The position numbers and the translations under genes are program-made. Below, piece by piece: positions 1-8,841 of a stretch of 64,000 nucleotides of DNA. Below the pieces are notes generated by a model that ran no database searches, was not told the origin of the DNA, and worked only from the letters and a program-made list of their open reading frames with translations. This stretch comes from a bacterium (GTDB lineage Bacteria; UBA8248; JACPRG01; G963555815): contig CBDHDG010000005.1 in the NCBI GenBank assembly GCA_965261595.1, forward strand, positions 800,001-864,000. Reading direction: 5' to 3'. The stretch's first letter is position 1. Every line of letters begins with the position of its first letter.

Positions 1-459
1 GTTCCGGTGGCCGTTTAGCGCCTGACGGGAATTTCAAACACCCTGTTGCGCTCTTCCCCGAGGATTGCCGAAATCCTGCCGGGATTCGCGCGGTTCTGCG
101 AAGGAGCCGTATTGGTCGCCCACAACGCCCCGTTCGACCTGCGAATCCTTCAACGGGAGGCCGCACCGTTGGGAGTCGCCTTGCCGGAATGGTCGTTTTG
201 CACATACAGTTTGGCTCGGAGGTTGTTGCCGGAGCTGGAAAGTTATCGTCTGGGCGACCTTGCGCGCAATCTCGGGTTTCCGGATGAGGGCAGCCACCGC
301 GCCCTTCCCGACGCAAGGACGGCGGCCAGGCTGTTCAGCCGGCTGATGGTTGACCTGCTCTCCCTCGGAATCGAAACCCTGGGCGGCGCGCTCCGCTTCC
401 TGCAAGCCAAGCGTCCCCCGCGCCCCGGCGATGCGCCGCGCCGGCGTCGCGTCTCTTGA
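1..459 (+). CDS. DnaQ/DEDDh 3'-5' exonuclease, C-terminal part (truncated by window start; in-frame TAG at 16-18)
   Basis: Motifs RLTGIS, LVAHNAPFD, CT..LAR and HRALPDA are typical of DNA polymerase III epsilon-like exonucleases. Confidence 0.85.
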
Positions 460-486
460 GCCGAAAACAACTGTAACCGTCCCGGA

Positions 487-963
487 TCATGAAGATTCGC
501 CTTCTTTGCTGACCGGATCTCCGGGACGGATGACCCCGCCTTCGAGAACCTCGGCGAACAGACCGCATCGGTGCAGGAGGAGCTTGACGACCCTCTTTCC
601 GGTTACCTCTTCGAGGTGTTCGCAGGGTTCGTTGAGGCGCACCCCGCGCAGTGTCGCCCCGCCCACCCGAAACGTTTTTCCGACCAAGTGGGTGAGTGGG
701 ACTTCAGACGTGATGATGTTCATGCGGCATTCGTCCGCGGAGAGCTCGAAGTCGTCATCCCGCTTCAAGGTTTCCAGAACCTCGCTCTCGAAGAGCGTCA
801 CTTGGCGATGCGGCCCCATGTTCTTGGAAAAAAAGCCTTCCCCCTTGAAATACCGGTCTCCCTCGATGCCCTTTCCCGCCACGGCGAGGATCTCTTCAAA
901 GGTCTGCATGGGTTGTTCGGCCTCGTGGGTGATATGAACCGAGACCACTTCACCTTTCCACAT
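487..963 (-). CDS. MOSC domain protein
   Basis: GIEGDRY, RQVTL, CRMNI and EPCEHL (conserved Cys) motifs; GGAGG RBS before ATG at 963. Confidence 0.85.
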   Translation of the reverse strand: MWKGEVVSVHITHEAEQPMQTFEEILAVAGKGIEGDRYFKGEGFFSKNMGPHRQVTLFESEVLETLKRDDDFELSADECRMNIITSEVPLTHLVGKTFRVGGATLRGVRLNEPCEHLEEVTGKRVVKLLLHRCGLFAEVLEGGVIRPGDPVSKEGESS

Positions 964-1112
964 GTCGTCCGGGCCTCCCTCGGCAATTCCAGCGTGTGTT
1001 TCCCCGCCAGGCAAAGTTCAGGAAAGAAATGAGTCCTCGAAAAAAGCCGAATGCGTCAAAAACGTTATCGTCCCCAAAGTGATTTCGCGAATCACAACGG
1101 CGATGCGCCGCG

Positions 1113-1883
1113 TTAGGCGGATCCGGGTGAACTTGTGAACCTCTCCCCCCCCTCCTGACCGGCGTTCGCGGTTCGCTCGTGGTGTCTCTGGATGACGTAG
1201 CGCCCGATCATCTGTCCCAGGGCGATGCCGCCGACAGCGTCGCTGAGCCAATGTCGGGTGCGGTAAACCCTTCCGGCGGCGACGAGGCCCGCGATTCCGT
1301 ATGCCGCCCCCGCCACCCAGGGATTCTTGGACCGGGCCGCGATGACTGTGGCCAGCGCAACGGCCGAGGTCGTATCTCCGGATGGAAAAGAGCTGTTCTT
1401 GAGGCTGAAGAGAGAGAAATCAAACGGGTTTTCGGCGTTGCGGGGGCGTTTGCGCCCGATCACCCCTTTGAGTGGCAAGACGACGGCCGCTGTCAAAATG
1501 AGAGATTCGAGGCCCAACATGCCCGTGTCCACCCACTCGGGTTTGTTCCGGAGCTTGCCCGCGGCCAGAAAGGCCCCGATCACCCCCAACTGGCCCTCGG
1601 TTCGTCCGAAAGGGCCGATGTATTTCCTGAAAAATCCGATCCGGTCGAATCGATGGGCGACGGCGCCGTCCCGAATCCCTTCATCCCACGTTGAGCTGGC
1701 CGCCGTTCCGGCCAGAATTCCCCCCCGGATCAGCCAGTCGGGCCCGCTCCAGCGGGGGGGGCGCTTGGCCGCCAGAAGGATATCCTCGCGGACCCGTCCG
1801 GGAATCTCACGGAGCCTCCGCTTGATGGAAATTTCCGGAGCGCCGGGCGTAGAGGGCGTGGGGGGGGGGGGGGGGGGGCTCAC
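1113..1883 (-). CDS. PAP2-family phosphatase (true start uncertain because of the G19 tract)
   Basis: C1 KGVIGRKRP, C2 SFPSGD and C3 GRVYRTRHWLSD motifs; hydrophobic helices. Confidence 0.85.
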   Translation of the reverse strand: MSPPPPPPTPSTPGAPEISIKRRLREIPGRVREDILLAAKRPPRWSGPDWLIRGGILAGTAASSTWDEGIRDGAVAHRFDRIGFFRKYIGPFGRTEGQLGVIGAFLAAGKLRNKPEWVDTGMLGLESLILTAAVVLPLKGVIGRKRPRNAENPFDFSLFSLKNSSFPSGDTTSAVALATVIAARSKNPWVAGAAYGIAGLVAAGRVYRTRHWLSDAVGGIALGQMIGRYVIQRHHERTANAGQEGGERFTSSPGSA

Positions 1884-2262
1884 CGCTGGATGGGTCGCCG
1901 GTTGGCGAGCCCGGCGGGGGAGGACCGGGGACTGTTCTTGCGGCGGGTTCAGGCTCGGGCGGAAGGTCGGGGATGACGCCTCTCCCGCACGTGGCCGCGC
2001 CGCTGGAGGAGGGTGCGGGGTCGCCTGGATTCTCCCTCGGGGAGGGCCCCGTCCGCTGAGGGAGAAGGGGGGAGAGAGGGGAGGGGGGAGGGAAATGTGA
2101 TGACCCGTTTTCTCGGAGGCCGCCTTTGAGATGGCCGGGGACTCCGGATTGCGGCGGTTTCCCCTTGACGGCTCCCGCCGATCCGGCGAGCCTTCTGGGT
2201 CCGAATAACAGGAGCGCGGCGGCCAGGATTACGAGGAGTTCGGCCGAGCCGAGTTCGGGCAT
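1807..2262 (-). CDS. TatA/E-like N-terminal helix plus Pro-rich region, possibly the N-terminus of the PAP2 protein
   Basis: MPELGSAELLVILAAALLLFGPRRL matches the TatA transmembrane helix and FG hinge; no clear amphipathic helix follows. Confidence 0.5.
   Translation of the reverse strand: MPELGSAELLVILAAALLLFGPRRLAGSAGAVKGKPPQSGVPGHLKGGLRENGSSHFPPPSPLSPLLPQRTGPSPRENPGDPAPSSSGAATCGRGVIPDLPPEPEPAARTVPGPPPPGSPTGDPSSGEPPPPPPHALYARRSGNFHQAEAP
1860..1878 (+). repeat. G19 homopolymer tract
   Basis: Counted directly from the sequence. Confidence 0.9.
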
Positions 2263-2349
2263 CGATTCATTTCATCTTCCGCGGCCGGTGTCCGGGTCAA
2301 GAAGGCTCGGCGCATGGGTCTCAGCGGGCGTCGCGGCGTCCGGGCCGGC

Positions 2350-3033
2350 TCAACGCAGCTCAAGCAGATGGAATCCTTCGGCGAATTGGAGTCCACCCTT
2401 CTTTCCGACATCCGCCGCCCGCCGGCGGACGCGATCCCGCCAGCCGTCGAGGCGGGTCATCTGGGATTCATGGAAGACGATGGAGTCAATCTTGGTGTCC
2501 AGGGTTCCCGAGATGTCCATGAAAAAATTGGGATTGTCAGCCCCCGCGAACAGGGCGTTGGGCGTGTGGTGAGGCTTGAGGTCGATGACCGAAAGGGCGG
2601 GTAGAAACAGGTGATCGCGCGCGGCGATAATTCCGTCCGTGACAGCCGTGCCCAGCGCCCGGTGATCGGGGTGAGGCTGATACAGGCGCCAGGGGTCGTG
2701 GGTCACGATCGCGTCGGGCCGGTAGTGGCGAAAGAGGATCGCGAGCTGAATCTTCAGGCCGTCATCCGCCCGGAGCTCGCCGTCATTGTACCGGAGGAAC
2801 ACCACCTCGTTCACACCGAGAAAGTCGGCCGCCGCTTTCTGTTCGGCCTCCCGGGTGTCCGCCAGCCGGTGGGGGGAGATGGTGATGTCTTTGGTCCCTT
2901 TGTTGCCGTTGGTGGCGATGACGTAAGTCACCGTTGCGCCCTCGCCAATCCACCGCGCGATGCTGCCGCCGCTGCCGAGCTCGGCGTCGTCCGGATGGGC
3001 CACGACAATCAGGACGCGTTTCCACTCAGCCAT
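2350..3033 (-). CDS. PIG-L/LmbE family N-acetylglucosaminyl deacetylase (MshB/BshB-like)
   Basis: AHPDDAE and HPDH zinc motifs; start overlaps the glycosyltransferase stop. Confidence 0.9.
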   Translation of the reverse strand: MAEWKRVLIVVAHPDDAELGSGGSIARWIGEGATVTYVIATNGNKGTKDITISPHRLADTREAEQKAAADFLGVNEVVFLRYNDGELRADDGLKIQLAILFRHYRPDAIVTHDPWRLYQPHPDHRALGTAVTDGIIAARDHLFLPALSVIDLKPHHTPNALFAGADNPNFFMDISGTLDTKIDSIVFHESQMTRLDGWRDRVRRRAADVGKKGGLQFAEGFHLLELR

Positions 3034-4381
3034 GAATGGCGATCCCTCTTCGGGACCCTTCGTCGTTCCGGGTCCTCCCTGGGCCCGGGCGATCGTCGAT
3101 GAGCGATCGATAAACCTCCTGGAGTTTCAGGGCCGTATCTTTCCAGGCGAAGCGGCGGCCTACGGCGGGGGCGCGCTGGCGCAGGTCTTCCCGCAAGGCC
3201 GATTCCGCGCAAACCCGGTCCAGGGCCTTGGCGAGAGCGTTACCGTCTCCCGCGGGCACCAGGAGTCCCGCCCTTTCCTGGGCCATCATCCGCGGATACC
3301 CCCCGACGTCCGAGGCCACAACCATCGCTCCGCAGGAAAGGGCCTCGATGACGGCCAGGCCGAAGGTTTCATAGCGCGACGGGAACACGCAGCAGTCGGC
3401 GGCCGCGTAGTAGTCGGCCAGGACTTTTTGGGGTTTGGACCCGAGGAAAGTCACCCGGTCCGACATCCCGAGGTCATCGATCAGCTTCCGGATTTTGCCC
3501 GGATAGGACTGTTCGTCGGCTCCGGAGGCGGGCATCCCGTTATTGCGCGGCGCCCCGTTTTGAGCGGGATGAGGGCTCCCGCCGATGATGACAAGATTCC
3601 AGTTGCAGTGATCGCCTTCCTGCCGGCGCAGGAGGGTCAAGGCCTGTATCAGGGTTTCGAGTCCCTTGACGGGTTCGATGCGGCCCACGAACAGAACCAC
3701 CTGGCCCTTGGGCAGACCGGCCCGGGTTCGGGCGACGGCCTGGTCTTGCGGGGAAAAGACGTCCGGGTTCACGCCTCCCGGGACGATGTGTATCTTCCCG
3801 GCCGGGATTCCATAATCGGAGATCAAGCTCTCCCGGTCGCGCCGGCTTCCTACCGTCAGCACGTCCGCGGAGCGCCACAAGGAATCCTCCTCGCCGCTTC
3901 GCCGGGCGTTTTCGATGTGCAGGTCGCCAAGCAGCCGGCGCTTGGTCCGCTCCATGGTGTGGAACATCTGGACGAAGGGGGTTCCGCTTCCGGCGGACCA
4001 GGACCGGCCGGCGACCCCGGAGACCCAGTAATGGGCGTGTATCACATCGTAGGCGTTGGCCGGCCATTCCATCAGGGCTTGGATCATTTGGGGGATGTGG
4101 CGGGAGATCTGGTCCCTCGATCGGGCCTCCGCGGGGCCGGCTGTGAGGTGAATGAGCCGCACGCCCTCGTCGATCTCGACAACGGCCGGTTGGTCGGGAT
4201 GGTCCCGCCGGGTGAAGACGTCCAGGCGGTGTCCCATGCGCCCGAGCTCGCGGTTGACTTCTCGCAGGAAGACGTTCATCCCCCCCGCGATTTCTCCCCC
4301 CAGCTCCGCCAAGGGGGAGGAATGAAGGCTCAACATGGCGATTCGAATCGGACGGTCCTCCGCGCTCCATGAAGTGTTCAT
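3026..4381 (-). CDS. mshA: GT4 glycosyltransferase, MshA-like
   Basis: RIAMLSLHSSPL..GGMNVF, HAHYW, FHT, VGRIEPVKG and PSRYETFGL closely follow the MshA pattern. Confidence 0.75.
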   Translation of the reverse strand: MNTSWSAEDRPIRIAMLSLHSSPLAELGGEIAGGMNVFLREVNRELGRMGHRLDVFTRRDHPDQPAVVEIDEGVRLIHLTAGPAEARSRDQISRHIPQMIQALMEWPANAYDVIHAHYWVSGVAGRSWSAGSGTPFVQMFHTMERTKRRLLGDLHIENARRSGEEDSLWRSADVLTVGSRRDRESLISDYGIPAGKIHIVPGGVNPDVFSPQDQAVARTRAGLPKGQVVLFVGRIEPVKGLETLIQALTLLRRQEGDHCNWNLVIIGGSPHPAQNGAPRNNGMPASGADEQSYPGKIRKLIDDLGMSDRVTFLGSKPQKVLADYYAAADCCVFPSRYETFGLAVIEALSCGAMVVASDVGGYPRMMAQERAGLLVPAGDGNALAKALDRVCAESALREDLRQRAPAVGRRFAWKDTALKLQEVYRSLIDDRPGPGRTRNDEGSRRGIAIHG

Positions 4382-4403
4382 CGATGAGGGCGCCGGTTTT
4401 TTG

Positions 4404-5414
4404 TCAAGGGTTTGGCCGAAGGTTGAAGTGGACCAACGGTCGGTCGCGTCCGCCGAGGCGATATTTGTACGTTTCGTTTCCTCGGAGAAAATCAAAGGTC
4501 CGCCGGCCGTCCCGGATCGCTTCGCGGATGGCGTACCCAAAAAGCGCGATGCCGGGGCTGGCCGCCGAGAGGCCCGTGTCATAGCCCGAATTGTAAACCA
4601 GGAGCGCACCGTCGATATCAAAACAGAGCAGGGCCGCCGCAGGGGTTCCGTCGAGCTCGAGGAATGTGAGGCGAAGCCATCCCTCCGCCGCCAGGGTCCG
4701 GCCGGTTTGGCGGAAAAACTCCCGCATGCGGTCATCCATGAATTCGGATTTTTCCGGGGCGCTGATGGCGTGCAGTCTCAGGAAGACATCCATGTCCTCC
4801 TGGAGCTCGGCGGGCGAGCTGTTCCGAATCTGGAGGGCGCCGAATTCCTCGGCGCGGCGCATTTTTCTGCGCAGCTCGTGGCGGTCTTTTCCCCGCAAGG
4901 TTTCCAGATACTCTTCCCACGTGGGGGGAAGGAGGATAAAGGGAGAGGTTTCTTCCGCCTCGAGGGTGACCTCCCATCCCATCCCTTCCGCCGCTTCCCG
5001 CAGGGGGGAGAGGGTTTTCGAGTCCTCGGGGATAAAGTGAAGATCCAGTTCAACGGGCTCGGGGAGGGAATCGGCCAGGGTCTCCAGGATTCCACCGGCC
5101 ACCGTTTCTTCATGACCCGGCCGGGCGAGGACATCGAGGTGATCGCAGAGGTCTTTGCCGCCCAGAAACTCGAATCGTCCTTCCGCCTCGGCCAGGGAGC
5201 ACAGGCCCAGCAGCTCCCCCTCCTCGGAACGCACGGTCAGGATTCGCAGGTTGAGGCCGTCCGAAAAATTGTCCCACCAGAGGTTTTGCCACTGAGGGGT
5301 TTGGAATATCGAACGGGGAGCGCTCTGGGCGAGAAGGTCCATCCACTCCGGTTTCAGCTCTACGAATGCCGAGGCATGCGCATAGATATCAGTTTTCACA
5401 CAGTTGATTCCCAT
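4404..5414 (-). CDS. FemAB/CelD-BcsL-like tandem GNAT (Acetyltransf_6-type)
   Basis: FQTPQW, DHLD, PTWEEYL..RHELRRKMRR, YNSGYD and FDFLRGNETYKYRLG. Confidence 0.8.
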   Translation of the reverse strand: MGINCVKTDIYAHASAFVELKPEWMDLLAQSAPRSIFQTPQWQNLWWDNFSDGLNLRILTVRSEEGELLGLCSLAEAEGRFEFLGGKDLCDHLDVLARPGHEETVAGGILETLADSLPEPVELDLHFIPEDSKTLSPLREAAEGMGWEVTLEAEETSPFILLPPTWEEYLETLRGKDRHELRRKMRRAEEFGALQIRNSSPAELQEDMDVFLRLHAISAPEKSEFMDDRMREFFRQTGRTLAAEGWLRLTFLELDGTPAAALLCFDIDGALLVYNSGYDTGLSAASPGIALFGYAIREAIRDGRRTFDFLRGNETYKYRLGGRDRPLVHFNLRPNP

Positions 5415-5494
5415 TGATCTTCCACGAATGGTGAAGCGGCTTCCCGAGGGGACCCATGCGGCCGATGATCCGGGTGGGCCAAGTGAACTTCCGT

Positions 5495-5523
5495 AATCTA
5501 AGAGAGCCGACTTCCATTGTCAA
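5495..5523 (-). promoter_or_regulatory. sigma70-type promoter for the GNAT-mshA-deacetylase operon
   Basis: Minus strand reads TTGACA-17 nt-TAGATT. Confidence 0.7.
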
Positions 5524-5546
5524 AGAAAACGCGGATCCTGGAATGC

Positions 5547-6110
5547 TCACAGCGGTTTGAAGACGGGGGGGCGTTGTTCATGCAGGGGCTCCGAGTAACG
5601 GTTGAAGGGAATCCCGAGAATCGATAAATGCGTGAACACCTGGAATTCCAGGAAGCCCGCCTTCAGAACGCCCCGCCTGGAGGCCGTGTTGCCGGCGGCC
5701 ACGAAGATGAGCGCGCGTGAAAAATCGTTCATCCCCGCGTAAAGCAACATTTCCCGCAAGACCACAGGGTAAAGCCCTTTCCCCCGCCAAGGCTCCAGGG
5801 TGAAGGCGTCATAGAGATAGACCTCGCCCGGAAGCGTGGAGATGGCGAGGTGGATCTCCTCGATCCCGATCTTCCCCTGTGCCATCCAGCAATAGGAAAT
5901 GATGTTTCCCTCATGAATCGCCGCGAAGCAGATCTCGCCCCGGTCGAGGCGCCTTTGGACGAGATTCGGGTCCAGGGCCTTGGCCAGCTGATCTGCCGCG
6001 GGGTCTCCCTTCTTGACCCGGATCAGGTCCACCTCGATGGAAGACTCCTGCGGCCGCAGGGACCCCGGAAGGGGAAATACATAAAGAACTAGACGGATGA
6101 ATTGGAACAC
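5547..6110 (-). CDS. GNAT family N-acetyltransferase
   Basis: YLYDAFTLEPWRGKGLY acetyl-CoA motif and NTASRRGVLKAGF; probable GTG start overlapping the kinase 3' end. Confidence 0.8.
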   Translation of the reverse strand: MFQFIRLVLYVFPLPGSLRPQESSIEVDLIRVKKGDPAADQLAKALDPNLVQRRLDRGEICFAAIHEGNIISYCWMAQGKIGIEEIHLAISTLPGEVYLYDAFTLEPWRGKGLYPVVLREMLLYAGMNDFSRALIFVAAGNTASRRGVLKAGFLEFQVFTHLSILGIPFNRYSEPLHEQRPPVFKPL

Positions 6111-7219
6111 GACAACGGTCCTTCGGCGGCGCAGGCCGCGAAATCGGCGGAATCGGGCAACAGGGGAGCGAGGATGACCCAAAGGCCGGCAAGCTCGGGA
6201 AGGCGCCCGCAATGGTCCCGGACATACTCGAGCGTTGGCGGGATGGAGGCAAGGTAGCGATTTTTCCCCAGGACTCCGGCCTGGTAGGCGAAGGTTCCCA
6301 CCGCCTTCAAGTTTCGCTGTGTCGCCGCGATCCACAGGGAGCGGTTGAACGTCTCCCGGTCCGATCTCTCGCCGGTCTCACTCTCCAGGCGGCTCCGATA
6401 ATACTCGATGAGCGCATCCCGGATTTCACCGGGAAGCGTCACATAGGAATCATACAGGAGCGAGGCTACGTCGTAGGCGGGGGGGCCCAGACGGGCGTCC
6501 TGAAAGTCCAGAATGCCCAGCTTGGGGAAATCCGTGAGAACCATCAGGTTGCGGCTGTGATAATCGCGATGCACGAAAACGGAGCCTTGCGAGACCAACG
6601 CTTCCGAGAGCCGGCGGAACTCGCCCGTGAGCGCCGCCCGGTCCCGAGGCGATACTTCTCTTTTCCATAGACCTTCGACGGCATGTTCAAGAAAAAAGGC
6701 CAATTCCGACTCGAATTTCTCCGATGTGAACGCATGGGTGAAGGCGGAGCAATCCCCCTCCCCCCGGTCCGTTTGCATCCGGATCAGGGATTCCAGGGCC
6801 TCCCGGCGCCAGGCTTCCGCTTCGGGGCGCGAAGCGGACTCGAGCGCCGTCTCCAGGGTCTGATCGCCCAGGTCTTCCAATGCCACAATCCCCTCCCGCG
6901 GCATGGAGAAATAATGGCCGGGAACGGGAAGACCCAGACCCGCCAAGTGCGACCGGACGTTCAGGAAAGGGAGGTCCATAGGTTCCGGCGGACAGGCTTC
7001 CGGCAAGACCATCAGGATGGCCGAGGCGGGATTTCCTCCAACGAGGGAGACCCGGTGGTATTGTCTCGTCGAGGCGTCGCCGGGCATGGGTGTCACGCGC
7101 AGATCGAGGATGTTTTCGTCGAGATGAGTCCGAAAGGATTGAACGAGGTTCTCTCGGGAGACCCCGCGGAGGCCATCGGGCCAAGCGGGTTCGGGCGCCT
7201 TTGGGATTTGGGGTTTCAT
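6089..7219 (-). CDS. APH-family phosphotransferase, AmgK-like anomeric MurNAc/GlcNAc kinase
   Basis: GDASTRQYHR, LEDLGD, HRDYHSRNL, LDFQDARLGP and QRNLKAVGTF. Confidence 0.85.
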   Translation of the reverse strand: MKPQIPKAPEPAWPDGLRGVSRENLVQSFRTHLDENILDLRVTPMPGDASTRQYHRVSLVGGNPASAILMVLPEACPPEPMDLPFLNVRSHLAGLGLPVPGHYFSMPREGIVALEDLGDQTLETALESASRPEAEAWRREALESLIRMQTDRGEGDCSAFTHAFTSEKFESELAFFLEHAVEGLWKREVSPRDRAALTGEFRRLSEALVSQGSVFVHRDYHSRNLMVLTDFPKLGILDFQDARLGPPAYDVASLLYDSYVTLPGEIRDALIEYYRSRLESETGERSDRETFNRSLWIAATQRNLKAVGTFAYQAGVLGKNRYLASIPPTLEYVRDHCGRLPELAGLWVILAPLLPDSADFAACAAEGPLSCSNSSV

Positions 7220-7485
7220 GGCTCTTCTTGCCGCTCCAGCCGAAGCGTGTTCCGGGTTGAATGCCGGCCGGTGCGTTCGGTCCTGAAAGATTGCGGCTGT
7301 TCCGGCTCGATTCACTGATCCAATGATAACACGGCGGGGGCCTCATTTTCCCCCGGCCCGGCATTCTTCAGGGCATGCTCGCGAGAGATTGGCTGTTTCC
7401 TGTCTCCTCTCTGATAACCACTTTCGGGGAAGATGGGGGGGTATTTTGTTCAATGGGACATGCCCATCCGGTTTTCGGCCGGGCC

Positions 7486-8514
7486 TTATGGCCCGTATAT
7501 CACCTCGGCCACGACGCGGGCGACCTCCTCCAGGCTTTGGGGGCTGACTTTATCCAATGTGTCCCGCGAGGTGTGCCATGCGGGATAATCGAAGTCGATG
7601 ATGTCCGCGGTGGGGAGGCCCGCGTCGTTCAAAGAAATGTGGTCGTCCCGGATGTAGTTCTTGACTTCGGGATAGAAGGAAAGGGCGCCCACGCGCTTGG
7701 CCGCGGCCAGGATCTTCTCCACGACCCGGGGGGCTCTTCGTGCGGAAAACCCTTCCGTGTAGATGTTCAAGTCCCGGTCCCCCACCATGTCCAGGAGGAT
7801 TCCGTAGTCGATGCGTGGTTTCTTCCCGTCCTGGACCCAGGTCCGGGCGAAGCGCTTGGAGCCGATGAACCACTGTCCCCCGAGGCCGTAGTCCTCGGCG
7901 TCGAACAGCACGAGCAGGACATTGCGGGGAGGCCGGACCCTGCGCATGCCCCTGGCCAGCTCCAACAGGATCGCCGTCCCGGAGCCGCCATCGTTCGCTC
8001 CAGGGACCGGTAGGCGGCGGCGGGACCGGTCGGGATCGCGCGAGGCGTACGGATGCGTGTCCCAGTGGGCGGAGAGAAGGATGGCCGGGCTGTCGCCGGC
8101 CCGGCCCGGACACGGCTCTTTCGACCCGGGCGGGGCGGCGGGAGATTCATCCGCGGAAACCTCCTCCGCGCAGATCCACCCGATAAAGTTCGTGAGATCG
8201 AAATCCCGCCACCGAAAGTTCCGCACGGTGACGTAATCGGCATAAAGTCGGAGCTCTCGTTCCAGGAAGCGCTTGGCGGATTCATGTCCCGGCCGTCCGA
8301 TGGCGCGGCTTCCGAAGGAGAGCTGCTTCCGGATGAGACCCAGGGCCCGGCGGGCATTGAAGGGGGGCCGCTCGGGTTGTCCCTTTTCGATCTGACGATG
8401 GCCGGGGGTGGTTTCAGCGGCGGTTTGGGGCTGGGGCGGTCCGATAGCGATAAAAATCATCACCGTGAGAAAAATGATAAAAATTCTGATTATGCTTTGG
8501 GAATTAGGAATCAA
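7486..8514 (-). CDS. Exported M28 family peptidase (bacterial glutaminyl cyclase-like)
   Basis: N-terminal hydrophobic segment; AHWDT, GANDGGSG, FDAED, LDMVG, DDH and WHT motifs. Confidence 0.85.
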   Translation of the reverse strand: MIPNSQSIIRIFIIFLTVMIFIAIGPPQPQTAAETTPGHRQIEKGQPERPPFNARRALGLIRKQLSFGSRAIGRPGHESAKRFLERELRLYADYVTVRNFRWRDFDLTNFIGWICAEEVSADESPAAPPGSKEPCPGRAGDSPAILLSAHWDTHPYASRDPDRSRRRLPVPGANDGGSGTAILLELARGMRRVRPPRNVLLVLFDAEDYGLGGQWFIGSKRFARTWVQDGKKPRIDYGILLDMVGDRDLNIYTEGFSARRAPRVVEKILAAAKRVGALSFYPEVKNYIRDDHISLNDAGLPTADIIDFDYPAWHTSRDTLDKVSPQSLEEVARVVAEVIYGP

Positions 8515-8841
8515 CGGATTGTGGGCCGATCACATACGATTTACAGCTTCAACGAGTGTGGAAGTCGTTGTTCTCTAATGCTTTTCTGGAATATTGGCGG
8601 ATTTCGCACCGCCGCTGTGGTTTGAAACCCGGACTCGTGAGGCGCGGGTGAATCACCTCTTGATGGATGGCCAGCCTCGTGGGGAAGTCCCTCTCTCTCC
8701 GGTGTGATCATACCATCATTAGAGACGGCTGGAGAGATTCCGGATCCGTCGGATAATTTCTATGCATCAAGCGGATAGTTGGGTATAAAAGAGAGAATTG
8801 ACGTTGAGAAATCCTCTTCCAGGCGGGGGGACCCCGGTCCG

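Noticed and set aside
1079..1095. Palindrome GTGATT-N5-AATCAC as a CRP/FNR/Rex site
   Set aside because: Spacing does not fit those consensus sites, and it is a single occurrence
2960..4372. Long plus-strand ORF of 470 aa, and similar long antisense ORFs such as 11229..12488, 23280..24767, 29931..31448, 43404..44849 and 60350..61678
   Set aside because: Shadow frames opposite clearly recognisable genes, expected in GC-rich DNA, with no motifs
8600..8841. TPP riboswitch upstream of thiE
   Set aside because: The conserved CUGAGA and CCUGA...GGGA core is not present in the right arrangement
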